64,000 bases of DNA from Patescibacteria group bacterium (lineage in GTDB: Bacteria; Patescibacteriota; Patescibacteriia; Patescibacteriales; GWC2-42-12): NCBI GenBank assembly GCA_041662965.1, contig JBAZRI010000003.1:1331-65330 (forward strand), given 5' to 3'. Below the pieces are notes generated by a model. The model was not told where the DNA came from, ran no database searches, and saw nothing but the letters and a program-made list of their open reading frames with translations. Positions within the stretch are counted from its first letter, which is position 1, and the number at the start of each line of letters is the position of its first letter. The position numbers and the translations under genes were made by a program. Shown here in pieces: positions 25,736 to 35,048 of the stretch.

Positions 25736-26477
25736 TTCCCTCTACCGCCCTTATCTCCTCCTCCCCCAGTCCATACAACTCATTAATTTCTTTTAATCGA
25801 TAAACTTCAAATCTTTTCAAATAATCTACAACCATTTTTGTTTTATCTTTAGTATCTATCTTCGCATTATCATATATTATATTAGTAGAAATTAATTTCG
25901 ATAAAAACATATCTATTATCTTTTCAATAATATTAAAAAGTTTCCTAATTTCCTCGCCGGTTATATTTATTTCATCTTTTTTTATATCATCGTGAGCGAG
26001 ATATTGATCGCGATAAGTTTTTAGTCGTTTAATAATTTCCTTATTTTTCTCAATGTCAGATTGGATTGCTAATATATCTTCATATTTTACGCCCTTATAT
26101 TCTCTAATAAGCATAGCGATAAAATTTGGATCTTGCCCTTGGCTATATTCTGCGAAGTCACTTACAGATAATTTGGCTATATTACTTTGCGTATAGTTAA
26201 TTATCTTCGTAACATGGAGTGAATTATCGGCAATATCAAAAAACTTAGCAAGCTCTAAAAAGAAATAAACACGCAGAGCTTCTTTTAAAGGGAGAAAAAA
26301 ACTACTAAAATCTTTTTCTATAATCTTCTTATTCTTTTCCAATGTGTCTTGCTCAACTGCACTGGGATCAACTAATTCAATAAGTGTTTCAAATATATGA
26401 AAAGCGGAGAGTGCCTTAAAATAACGACCCTCTATATTTTTTATATATGAAATTATCGTGTTAAATTCTTGACTCAT
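25731..26477 (-). CDS. HEPN-like protein (Rx5H motif), possibly AbiU2-like
   Basis: 248 aa, predicted all-helical by composition. Single R-DQYLA-H motif (YRDQYLAHDD). Its ATG overlaps the stop of the upstream R-M gene (TAATG). Confidence 0.5.
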   Translation of the reverse strand: MSQEFNTIISYIKNIEGRYFKALSAFHIFETLIELVDPSAVEQDTLEKNKKIIEKDFSSFFLPLKEALRVYFFLELAKFFDIADNSLHVTKIINYTQSNIAKLSVSDFAEYSQGQDPNFIAMLIREYKGVKYEDILAIQSDIEKNKEIIKRLKTYRDQYLAHDDIKKDEINITGEEIRKLFNIIEKIIDMFLSKLISTNIIYDNAKIDTKDKTKMVVDYLKRFEVYRLKEINELYGLGEEEIRAVEGK

Positions 26478-29173
26478 TATTTTTTAATAATATTAATCTC
26501 CTCTCCCGTCAACCCATACAGCTCATAAACTTTTTTATCAATTTCTTTATCCGTCTTTTCAATTTCTTCTTTTACCCCATTATATTCTTTATCGTCCATA
26601 ATCGGGTCTAATTTTTGCAGTTCTTTATTTTTTTCCAACATTTTGTCAACTAATTTCACTAATTCATCGTGTTTGGCTTTTTCATTTTTTTTCTTAAAAT
26701 CTATCTTATAAATCGGTATTTCTTTTAAATGATTTATCTTAATTTCTGCGAATAATTTTCCTTTGCGCGGTTGTATGGCTAAAAAATACCATGTACCTAA
26801 TAAAGAATTTAAAATTGCTAAAACATATTTCAAGCTAATCTGATTTTCTAAATTTTTATATAAAACGAAAAAATTATTGCTCGCATAAAAGTTTTCTTCG
26901 TCAATCGAAGCTATAATTCTATCTCCAGTTCTTCTCACTAATATTTTTTTATTAACAAAATATTCCTCTCTGCCCAAATTAGCATACTCCTTTTTATCTC
27001 TATCAATTATTTTTTTATCATATATGACATATTTACCCGCCCATTTTTTTGAATATCTATTAATTTCATTCCCTTTAAATAATAACTTCTTACAAAGTTC
27101 TGAGCTTGAAGAATCAATAAATAATTTTTTTCTTACATTACCAGAATGGATTCCTTCGTGTATCTCAAAATTTTTTCCTAAATTTGCAGAAACATCGTCT
27201 AGTTTTTGTTTTAATTTTAATATATTATCATCAAAATATAAGTTAAATTTATTATCTTTATTTTCTAAAAATATAATCTGTTTAATTTTTTTATTTTCAC
27301 TATTAACTATAACATTCATTAAATTGCTATCTCTTTTTATTTTGACTTTTTCTTTTCTTAAAATCATTACTACGGAATCTAAGTTTACCCCCGCGAAAGC
27401 CATTCCAGTATAATAAATATTGGTTATAATAAAATTATCTAAAATTATCTTTCTAATCAATGGATAATTTTTTAACAAAATAATATCAGGCAATATAAGC
27501 CCTAAAAAACCATCTTCTTTTAATAAATTAAAAGACTTCTCTATGAATAAAGCAAAGGTATCTACGATGCCACTACCTGCTATAAAATATTCTTTATAAT
27601 AATCCTTTTCTTCTTTAATAATTTCTGCACCCCATGGCGGATTACCGATTATCACGTCAAAACCTCCTTGTTTAAAAACCGGTTCAAATTTTTTCTGCCA
27701 ATTAAACGGCTTTTTTTCTTTATAATTTTCACCGAAATATTTTTTTAATTCCTCTTCTTTGCCCGAAATCAAAGAATTGCCGTTTTCTATATTATGGGCT
27801 AAATTAGGCAAAAGCTCTCTTTGCCCTAAGACTTTTAATAATAAATTCAATTGAGCGATTTCTACGGCTTCCTGATCTAAATCCACGCCATAAATATTTG
27901 AAGTTAAAATACTTACTTTTCTGGCATAATTTTTCATAATATCCGCGTCAAGCTCATTATTTTCTCTTTTAATATGGTTATCTAAAACTTCAAAGGCTTT
28001 AATTAAAAACGAGCCCGAACCGCAAGCCGGATCTAAAATTTTAATTTTCCCTGCCTCAAAACCTGACTTACCTTTTAATAATTCGCCCAAAGTATTTTTT
28101 ACGATGTAATCCACGATATATCTCGGAGTATAATAGATGCCCTGTGATTTTCTTTTGCCTGATTTTTTATCTTTTTCTTCCTGCTGAATCTGCCCTAAAT
28201 ATTGCTCATAAATACTGCCTAAAATATCGGCGTTGATAGAAGCGAAATCATAACGGATGCCTTTGGTGTTTTTATATAATTCTTTAATAATTCTTGCCAA
28301 TAGCTCATCTTCATATATAAGCGTATCGCAAATAGCCGGTAAAAATAATTTGCTGTTATAGCCGTCATTATAATCCCTAAATAATTTCTTCATTTCATCA
28401 GCCAAATTTAATTTGCCTTTGCCATCTTCCCAATTTCTAACGATTTCCCTTAACTTTTCGCCTTCAATTTTTCTGTCTTCGGTCGTCCTGATAAAAATCA
28501 GCCTGTCCAAAAGCCTTTGCACGCTCTCGGCAATTTGCTTATCGCTTAATTTTTTATCCCCGTTCCAGCCTTTTAAATCTTTAAACAGCAACGACCGCCA
28601 TTTTACCAAATCATCGGCTAATAATTTATCTACCGCTTCTTTTTTTGGTTTTTTAAAATTGGCTTCCGCGTATTTGTCTAAATCGCCTTTTAGCATTGAC
28701 TCTTTAGACAACCACCAAAGCTTTTCGTCTTTTAAATAATCTTTATAATTTATTTCAAAAATCAAGCTTCTCTCCGCGTCCGACTCGTCCCATTCGGCGT
28801 TATAAACTTTTATACCTTCAAAATCAGTTAAAATCGCCCAAGGCACGCTTTTATGCCAGGCATAAGAAATGGCTTGCTCGCCATGCTTAGCTTCCCTTAA
28901 ATCCACGCTTGGTTTTTTAGCCTCAACAAAAAATTTAATGACGTCATTAACATGAAAGGCGTAATCGGCGCGCCCGCCGGAAACCTGCGTTTCCGAAGTA
29001 ACTTCATGATTGGATATATTATTATAAACATCCCAGCCCAAAGCCTGAAATAAAGGCAAAATAAAATCCTTACAAGTCATTGACTCGTTTTTCTTCTTAA
29101 ATTCAGCCTCGGTTAAGGCGGTGAATTTATTTACCAGCCGCTCAATTTGTTTTTTAGCTTCTTGTTTATTCAT
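26477..29173 (-). CDS. Type IIG restriction-modification enzyme (fused PD-(D/E)xK nuclease and N6-adenine methyltransferase)
   Basis: N-terminus GRADYAF...FFVEAKKP (D...ExK). SAM motif I is ILDPACGSGSFL and motif IV is IIGNPPWG. A long C-terminal region is a putative target-recognition domain. Confidence 0.85.
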   Translation of the reverse strand: MNKQEAKKQIERLVNKFTALTEAEFKKKNESMTCKDFILPLFQALGWDVYNNISNHEVTSETQVSGGRADYAFHVNDVIKFFVEAKKPSVDLREAKHGEQAISYAWHKSVPWAILTDFEGIKVYNAEWDESDAERSLIFEINYKDYLKDEKLWWLSKESMLKGDLDKYAEANFKKPKKEAVDKLLADDLVKWRSLLFKDLKGWNGDKKLSDKQIAESVQRLLDRLIFIRTTEDRKIEGEKLREIVRNWEDGKGKLNLADEMKKLFRDYNDGYNSKLFLPAICDTLIYEDELLARIIKELYKNTKGIRYDFASINADILGSIYEQYLGQIQQEEKDKKSGKRKSQGIYYTPRYIVDYIVKNTLGELLKGKSGFEAGKIKILDPACGSGSFLIKAFEVLDNHIKRENNELDADIMKNYARKVSILTSNIYGVDLDQEAVEIAQLNLLLKVLGQRELLPNLAHNIENGNSLISGKEEELKKYFGENYKEKKPFNWQKKFEPVFKQGGFDVIIGNPPWGAEIIKEEKDYYKEYFIAGSGIVDTFALFIEKSFNLLKEDGFLGLILPDIILLKNYPLIRKIILDNFIITNIYYTGMAFAGVNLDSVVMILRKEKVKIKRDSNLMNVIVNSENKKIKQIIFLENKDNKFNLYFDDNILKLKQKLDDVSANLGKNFEIHEGIHSGNVRKKLFIDSSSSELCKKLLFKGNEINRYSKKWAGKYVIYDKKIIDRDKKEYANLGREEYFVNKKILVRRTGDRIIASIDEENFYASNNFFVLYKNLENQISLKYVLAILNSLLGTWYFLAIQPRKGKLFAEIKINHLKEIPIYKIDFKKKNEKAKHDELVKLVDKMLEKNKELQKLDPIMDDKEYNGVKEEIEKTDKEIDKKVYELYGLTGEEINIIKK

Positions 29174-29179
29174 GTTTTT

Positions 29180-29208
29180 ACTCTATCATTTCTCCGCTAA
29201 TATTTCAA
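29180..29208 (-). promoter_or_regulatory. promoter of the R-M gene; geometry implies a near-leaderless mRNA
   Basis: On the minus strand, TTGAAA (29208-29203), 17 nt, then TAGAGT (29185-29180). Only 6 nt separate the -10 box from the ATG at 29173. Confidence 0.55.
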
Positions 29209-29222
29209 CTTTGTTAAAATAC

Positions 29223-29251
29223 AAAAACACCGCGGCTAAAGCGGTGTTTTT
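29223..29251. terminator. bidirectional terminator downstream of 29264..29692
   Basis: Hairpin CACCGC-GGCTAAA-GCGGTG flanked by A5 and T5. Confidence 0.65.
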
Positions 29252-29263
29252 ATGCGGAATTAA

Positions 29264-29692
29264 TTATTTTTTGAATTTCTTATAAACCAGCAATCCACCT
29301 TGGGCTAAAAGCCAACCAACTGCGAAAAAACAAATCATTATTATCAAACTGCCGATATCTTCATTTTTTAAATATCTTAAATTTTCTGTTGCAATAATTA
29401 AAATAATGCCAATCCAAAATAATACCGTACCAATTATATAGACTGCCCAGGCGGTCTTTTGTTTTAATAATGAAAAAGCAAAAATTGCCAGCCAAAAAAT
29501 ATAAAAATAAATAAACCCCTCATAGTTGCAACCCTTATCTCCCATTTCTAATAAAAATAATCCGCCACCACAATGGGCATTCAATAAATTAATATGCAAA
29601 TATCCGCCTATTGGAGCTAAAATTAACGCTAAAATAACAGAACCGACATAAACTGACAAAATAATCAAAACATTTTTTAATTTTTGATTCAT
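29264..29692 (-). CDS. hypothetical integral membrane protein
   Basis: 142 aa with about 4 TM helices. It overlaps the upstream lipase-like gene by 4 nt. Confidence 0.55.
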   Translation of the reverse strand: MNQKLKNVLIILSVYVGSVILALILAPIGGYLHINLLNAHCGGGLFLLEMGDKGCNYEGFIYFYIFWLAIFAFSLLKQKTAWAVYIIGTVLFWIGIILIIATENLRYLKNEDIGSLIIMICFFAVGWLLAQGGLLVYKKFKK

Positions 29693-32460
29693 AAATTTTC
29701 TCTTAAATAATTAATATCACTTATTATTATATCATATCCCCGCAGATTAATCTGGTTTTGCTTTTTAGCCGTATTTAATAATTTTTCTATTATGTCTAAG
29801 CTGCGATCAATGGCCTTAGCTCTATTTTTCTTTAGGTTATCCAATTTTTTATCATACTGTTCAATTAATTTCTGCTTTTGCTTATCTGTTAATCTTTCGT
29901 CATCCTGCGTTTTCCTGATCAATTTTTCAATTAAATCCTGCTCTTTATCAAAATATTTAGCTTCTATTTTTAAAAGTTTAAACGCGCTGATTAATAATGG
30001 CTTATAAATTCTGCCTTTAAGCCAGCCTCGGCCATATATTTCTTCAATATCGCTGATAGTACTATTTATATCGGCGACAATTTCAAAATTTATCTGCGTT
30101 TGCGCTTGATTGCCGGCTTTATCTATGGCTTGAATAATTAAATTATGCTGACCCAAGGCATAGTCAAATAAATCAACTGTAGTCGTGTCCACCGCTTGAC
30201 CATCAATCATTATGATTGTAGTGGCAATACCGGAAAAATCGTCCATGGCGCTATAATCTATAACTAAATTATCGCTACGTAAATATTTATCATCTTCTAC
30301 CGGCTTATTAATAGTGACAACCGGCGAAATAGTATCTACCGGCTCTAAATCGCTTAGAGGATTTTCCGACACGGCTATATATTCTATAGTAAAATCTCTT
30401 TGCATATCTGGCTGAATATTGCCGCTAAATTCCTGATCAATTTGATTATTATTATCTATTAAGCTAGCGCTTAATTTATATTCTCCCTGCCCCGTGCCTT
30501 GTAATTCCATTTTGTATTCCCCTTCTATGGGATCAGAGATAACCGCGAATTCAGCGTCAGTCTCAAAACCGGAATAAAACGCACCCGGAATTTCATTAAC
30601 CGCTTGGCCGCTTAAAAAATCCTTGCCCAGCCTTTTACCATCCGGCGCCACTATCACGAAATCAGCCGGAGAAAAAATTCTAAATGCTAATAATATATTG
30701 GGTATTTTATTATCATTAATTTCTACTACGGGTAAATTACCGGTTAAATATTCTATTACCTGTTTTTGTGCTTTACTAGGCAAACTTTCATGCTCGGAAT
30801 TATTAATCTTAACGGGCGAAAACATAGAAGAGCTTAATTCGGATACTGAACCATCACCAGCTAATCTGATTGATTCTTCGGCATAACCATTTTCCCACAT
30901 GGGCCAATATGGCTCACCCGAACTTACTTTAATGGCATTAATAGTGTTGTCGCCCGTATCACCAATAAAATTCATTATTTTTATGCCGCTATTGGTAAAC
31001 TGATTTATTTTATCCAATGAATTAATATTTTCTAAAAATGTATTATACGGATAATTATTTGGATAATTGACTTTGTCGTAAATTCTAAAATTAGCTTCTT
31101 CTAAATTTTGTAAATATGCATAATCCGGCAATAACTGTCCAACTGATTTTACATAATCTTGTATATAATTAAAAAGTGAATTATAACCTCTAGCATGAGC
31201 TTCTTGTGTAAATACTAATTCTGATATTTTAGCTTTAAAACCCTCAAAGCCTGTGGCGCCTTCCCATTTTAAATAACTTTCCGGCGATCCTTTATGCGGT
31301 GTGCCTAAAAATACTAATTGATCTATGTCGCCGCCATAATAATCGCTTTCCGCATAAGCCCGCGCGACTAATCCGCCCATGCTATGAGCTACAATATCAA
31401 CTTTATCGCAATCGCAAATGCTTTTTACTTCGTTAATTTTCTGCTTTAGCTGATAAGCGCTTAAAGTATTATCCTGCCGCCATTCATACGGAAAAGCGAA
31501 CAAATTTTTACCTTCCTCGTAACCTGCATATTTTAACGCCTGCCAGAGATTATCGTATGTATGTAAAATTGGATCTAATTCCCATCTGCCATTAACCTCC
31601 CAGCTCCCCATAATCCCGGGCACTAAAATTACCGGATTAAGTTCAGCTGGTTCTTCTTCCGGCACCCAAGGCTCGGTTAAAAACGGCTGATAGCTGATAT
31701 TGCCGCCGATCATCGTGCCTTTTATATCCTCTGATCCGCTAACTTGCTCCGACACGGTCGGTCCGTTTTCATGCCCCCAATAATTACTCACCGCGTCAAT
31801 TAGATTAGCGCCCATATTTATTATGCCGGCGCCGCCGCAATAAATCATATTAATGCCCATGTCTAAAGGATCTTGATCAAGGCAAAAATCAGGATTATAA
31901 ATATTGGAATAATTTATTCTAACGTCCGGCGCCTGGCCGACCGCGATATAACCGTTATTATTGATAACCGAACTATGGCTAAGCTTGAATTCCGCGCCCT
32001 GATTAATATCTAATAAATAAACCGGACTGCCATCATACGACCCGCCGTAGCTGATTTTGGCATAATCAATCTTAATTATGGCGCCTGGATCATTTACCGA
32101 TATGCCATACCAATCGCCCGGCGCCGGCATAGTCGCGGCGCCATCACCGTTAGTATCTCCACCCGCGCTATCGTCTTTTAGTGAAGTTATAACTACCGGC
32201 TCGGCCGAACTGCCTCTAATATCCAATTCTCCCATGACTAAAATCATGTTATTAGGCGCCAGTTTAATTATTACCCCGGCCTCAATCGTTAACTTCACGC
32301 CCGACATAACCGCTAAACCGCCGTCGTCTATCACTCTTACCTCGCCTTTATTCCAAACCGTATCAACAGTCATTTCAGCCGCTTTAGCATTTTGTGCGAA
32401 AACAAAAAACCATGCCAAAATAAATATCGGCATGATAAATAAAAAAATCCTCCTTGGCAT
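29689..32460 (-). CDS. secreted alpha/beta-hydrolase (lipase/LCAT-like) with a beta-helix N-domain and Ig-like/coiled-coil C-domains
   Basis: Signal peptide, PGIMGSWE, and the nucleophile elbow AHSMGGLVAR (GxSxG). C-terminal Ig-like segment (FSGIATTIIMIDGQ) and a Lys/Glu-rich helix. Confidence 0.7.
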   Translation of the reverse strand: MPRRIFLFIMPIFILAWFFVFAQNAKAAEMTVDTVWNKGEVRVIDDGGLAVMSGVKLTIEAGVIIKLAPNNMILVMGELDIRGSSAEPVVITSLKDDSAGGDTNGDGAATMPAPGDWYGISVNDPGAIIKIDYAKISYGGSYDGSPVYLLDINQGAEFKLSHSSVINNNGYIAVGQAPDVRINYSNIYNPDFCLDQDPLDMGINMIYCGGAGIINMGANLIDAVSNYWGHENGPTVSEQVSGSEDIKGTMIGGNISYQPFLTEPWVPEEEPAELNPVILVPGIMGSWEVNGRWELDPILHTYDNLWQALKYAGYEEGKNLFAFPYEWRQDNTLSAYQLKQKINEVKSICDCDKVDIVAHSMGGLVARAYAESDYYGGDIDQLVFLGTPHKGSPESYLKWEGATGFEGFKAKISELVFTQEAHARGYNSLFNYIQDYVKSVGQLLPDYAYLQNLEEANFRIYDKVNYPNNYPYNTFLENINSLDKINQFTNSGIKIMNFIGDTGDNTINAIKVSSGEPYWPMWENGYAEESIRLAGDGSVSELSSSMFSPVKINNSEHESLPSKAQKQVIEYLTGNLPVVEINDNKIPNILLAFRIFSPADFVIVAPDGKRLGKDFLSGQAVNEIPGAFYSGFETDAEFAVISDPIEGEYKMELQGTGQGEYKLSASLIDNNNQIDQEFSGNIQPDMQRDFTIEYIAVSENPLSDLEPVDTISPVVTINKPVEDDKYLRSDNLVIDYSAMDDFSGIATTIIMIDGQAVDTTTVDLFDYALGQHNLIIQAIDKAGNQAQTQINFEIVADINSTISDIEEIYGRGWLKGRIYKPLLISAFKLLKIEAKYFDKEQDLIEKLIRKTQDDERLTDKQKQKLIEQYDKKLDNLKKNRAKAIDRSLDIIEKLLNTAKKQNQINLRGYDIIISDINYLRENL

Positions 32461-32490
32461 AAAATAATTAATAAAAATTATTATGCTTTA

Positions 32491-32519
32491 ATTATAGCAT
32501 AATTTATTTCCTCGTCCAA
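32491..32519 (-). promoter_or_regulatory. candidate promoter of the lipase-like operon
   Basis: On the minus strand, TTGGAC (32519-32514), 17 nt, then TATAAT (32496-32491). The palindrome ATTATGCT...AGCATAAT overlaps the -10 box. Confidence 0.5.
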
Positions 32520-32522
32520 CAC

Positions 32523-32557
32523 AAAAAAACACCCCCGATCGCTCGGAGGTGTTTTTT
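32523..32557. terminator. bidirectional terminator downstream of yqeY
   Basis: Hairpin CACCCCCGA-TCGC-TCGGAGGTG flanked by A7 and T6. Confidence 0.65.
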
Positions 32558-32569
32558 ATATATTTCAAC

Positions 32570-33019
32570 TTATTTCGCTAATATCTTCTTTACTATCTCC
32601 CCGACTTTCCCGCCGTCGGCCTTGCCTTTAACGCGCGCCATCGTTTGCCCCATAATTCTGCCAAAATCAGCCGCACCGGCCGCGATTACTTCTTTAACAA
32701 CTTTTTCCAGCTCATCGTCAGACATCTGCTCGGGCAGATATTTTTCCAAAATTTTTATTTCGCTGTTTTCTTTATCAACTAAATCCTGCCGGCCGCCGGC
32801 CGCGTAAGCTTCAACCGAATCGCGGCGCTTTTTTATCTCGCTGGATAAAACTTCAAGCGCCTGCTCATCAGTCAGTTCGGCCTGGCCGTCTTTTCTTAAA
32901 GTTATTTCCTTATTGCGCGCGGCCGCGATCAGCATTCTTAAAACCGACGTGGTTTCCGCGTCTTTGCTTTTCATGGCCAGCACTAAATCCTGATTAATTT
33001 GTTCTAATAGTTTAACCAT
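32570..33019 (-). CDS. yqeY: GatB/YqeY domain protein
   Basis: LNQDLVLAMKSKD...LRMLIAA..NKEI......LTDEQ..EVL..E.KKR.DS...Y...GR.DL..KE..E..ILE.YLP. Start trimmed to ATG 33019; the track start is TTG. Confidence 0.8.
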   Translation of the reverse strand: MVKLLEQINQDLVLAMKSKDAETTSVLRMLIAAARNKEITLRKDGQAELTDEQALEVLSSEIKKRRDSVEAYAAGGRQDLVDKENSEIKILEKYLPEQMSDDELEKVVKEVIAAGAADFGRIMGQTMARVKGKADGGKVGEIVKKILAK

Positions 33020-33036
33020 ACACAATTAAGAAATAA

Positions 33037-33083
<47 letters not shown>

Positions 33084-33092
33084 TTTTCCCAT

Positions 33093-33329
33093 TTACCATC
33101 TTCTTCTCGGCTCTTCTTCAAGCTTGCCGATTTTCTTTAAATATTCTCTTTTTGATCTTAATTTCATGCCGACTAAAGCGCGTTTCTTTTGCTGGGTCTT
33201 ATTAATTTTCGGCTGAACATGCTGAACCTGGCGGGCCAAATATAATTTGCCGCTTTGCTGAAGTTTCTTATTGAATCTTCTTAGAAAACTCTCAAAACTT
33301 TCGCCTTTTTTTCTTTTGAATTCTGCCAT
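33093..33329 (-). CDS. rpsU: 30S ribosomal protein S21
   Basis: 78 aa, basic. ESFESFLRRFNKK and KREYLKK match the S21 pattern. Confidence 0.9.
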   Translation of the reverse strand: MAEFKRKKGESFESFLRRFNKKLQQSGKLYLARQVQHVQPKINKTQQKKRALVGMKLRSKREYLKKIGKLEEEPRRRW

Positions 33330-33371
33330 AAGTCCACCTCGCTTTCTATAATATATGTTTTTCTCTGGCTA

Positions 33372-33515
33372 GCTCCGTGAATAATGGCAAATTTTCGTGC
33401 TCGCCCCGTTAAATCCCTACGGGAGGCGAAGCCTATTTAACGGGGCGAGGACTGTTTGAGCCCGAGTAATCTCGGGCGAGTTCCGCAGTAGAAAATTTGC
33501 TGTTATTCACGGAGC
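33372..33515. repeat. nested palindromic repeat, copy B (hisS-rpsU spacer), inner CCCCGTTAAAT hairpin at 33401-33446
   Basis: Same core as copy A, GAGGACTGTTTGAGCCCGAGTAATCTCGGGCGAGTTCCGCAGTAG. Outer arms are gctccgtgaataatggcaaattttc / gaaaatttgctgttattcacggagc. Confidence 0.8.
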
Positions 33516-33541
33516 CACAACTGTCTTATAATAATTTTTAT

Positions 33542-34927
33542 TTATGCTTTCTTCAACGGACTGCCTAATCTTTTTTCAATTTCCACCACCACTTTTTTAT
33601 AATCAACTATTTCCTGAATGCCTGATTCCATGTCCCGGATTAAAATCGTGCCGTCCATGATTTCTTTTTGGCCTAAAATCAAAGTGTATTTTACCCCGGC
33701 CTGATTAGCCATCTCCAGCTGGCTTTTTAAGCTGTCTTTGGTAAAAGCCTGGCGGACCTTAAAGCCGTTCTTCCTTAATTCTTCAAATAAAACCATTATT
33801 TTTCTTCTGGCCTGATCGCCTAAGTGGGCTAAAAACAAATCGCCTTTTTCCTCGTCTTTTAACGGGATGCTTTTTTCTTTTATCTTTAAAATCACCCTTT
33901 CAATGCCGATGGCGAAACCGCAAGCCGGAGTCGGCCGGCCGCCCATGTATTCCACCAAGCCGTCATAGCGCCCGCCGCCGCCCATGGCGTTCTGCCTTGA
34001 TTGCTCTTCGCCCGGCTTGCCCTCCTGGCTTTCCGCGGCGGAAGGCCAAATTTCAAACACAGTCCGGTTGTAATAATCCAAGCCCCTGACTAAAGTTGAA
34101 TTTAAATTATAGGGTATGTTTAATTCGTCCAAATATTCCAAAACTTTTATAAAATGATTGCGGCAGTCATCGCATAAGCTATCAACTATTTGCGGCGCGT
34201 CAACGGCGATTTTCTGGCACTGCTTTTCTTTGCAGTCTAAGAGGCGCAAAGGATTTTTCGCCAATCTTTTTTTGCAGTCATTGCATAATTTAGCCCGCCG
34301 CCCGCGCTCTTTATAAAAATTTTCCAGCTTGACTAAATATTCCTTGCGGCATGAAGCGCAACCCACGCTGTTTATTTGAATAATGACTTCCAGCTGCAAT
34401 TCTCTGAAAAAATAATAAGTTATGGCGATTAATTCGGCGTCGGCCACCGGGCTGGCTTCGCCGATATTTTCCAGATTAAACTGGCTGAATTGGCGGAAGC
34501 GGCCGGCCTGCGGCTTATCATGCCTAAAGACTTGTCCGAGCCAAAATAACTTTACCGGCTGGGGCAGATTAAACATGCCATGCTCAATATATGATCTAAC
34601 AATGCCGGGCGTGGCTTCGGGGCGGAGCGCGATCCTTTCTCCATTTTTATCAATGAAAGAAAACATCTCTTTAGTGACAATATCCGAACCGCGGCCGCTG
34701 GAGCGTTCAAACAATTCCAAATTTTCTAAAACCGGCGTATCCATCCGCCTAAAGCCGTAAGACCGGGAAAGTTCAACGGCTTTTTTAATGACTAAATTCC
34801 AATACTTATATTCATCCGGCAAGATATCTTTCGTGCCTCGAAGCCGCGAAATAAACCTGTTTCTCCTGATCCGGGAAGCTTTGTCTTCGGCTTCTTTGTT
34901 TTCTTTTTTCTTAAAAAATTTTGGCAT
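33542..34927 (-). CDS. hisS: histidyl-tRNA synthetase
   Basis: LRPEATPGIVRSY, FRHDKPQAGRFRQFSQ (motif 2), GGGRYDGL (motif 3), and a C-terminal anticodon-binding domain. Confidence 0.95.
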   Translation of the reverse strand: MPKFFKKKENKEAEDKASRIRRNRFISRLRGTKDILPDEYKYWNLVIKKAVELSRSYGFRRMDTPVLENLELFERSSGRGSDIVTKEMFSFIDKNGERIALRPEATPGIVRSYIEHGMFNLPQPVKLFWLGQVFRHDKPQAGRFRQFSQFNLENIGEASPVADAELIAITYYFFRELQLEVIIQINSVGCASCRKEYLVKLENFYKERGRRAKLCNDCKKRLAKNPLRLLDCKEKQCQKIAVDAPQIVDSLCDDCRNHFIKVLEYLDELNIPYNLNSTLVRGLDYYNRTVFEIWPSAAESQEGKPGEEQSRQNAMGGGGRYDGLVEYMGGRPTPACGFAIGIERVILKIKEKSIPLKDEEKGDLFLAHLGDQARRKIMVLFEELRKNGFKVRQAFTKDSLKSQLEMANQAGVKYTLILGQKEIMDGTILIRDMESGIQEIVDYKKVVVEIEKRLGSPLKKA

Positions 34928-34937
34928 ATTACATTAT

Positions 34938-35028
34938 GTCATTGCGAGAAGCGTCAGCGACGAAGCAATCTCACGTACTCGGATGATAACCAGAGATTGC
35001 TTCGCTTCTTACAGAAGCTCGCAATGAC
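34938..35028. repeat. ORF-less GTCATTGCGAG...CTCGCAATGAC palindromic element
   Basis: The termini are identical to the outermost ends of the GIY-YIG element. Inner inverted repeat GAAGCAATCTC / GAGATTGCTTC. It sits 11 nt upstream of the hisS ATG. Confidence 0.7.
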
Positions 35029-35048
35029 AAACTATTTAAAATTATTTT

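Noticed and set aside
20182-29208. The island considered as a prophage or integrative element.
   Set aside because: It has no integrase, recombinase, tRNA target, direct-repeat borders or structural genes that I could see. It is described as a defence/damage-response island instead.
33542-34927. Cys-rich segment in HisRS (CASC...CNDC...CKEKQC...CDDC) considered as a novel zinc-ribbon insertion.
   Set aside because: The insertion domain of many bacterial HisRS carries similar Cys pairs around the conserved NPLRLLDCK motif. The length of 461 aa is only modestly extended, so this is ordinary.
34788-35027. ORFs that translate repeat elements or spacers (1986..2246, 15752..15946, 34788..35027, 44286..44507, 46174..46395, 62153..62521, 62709..62957).
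   Set aside because: Their sequence is the read-through of palindromic or word repeats (for example [24 protein letters not shown]), or they overlap better-supported genes. They have no start context.
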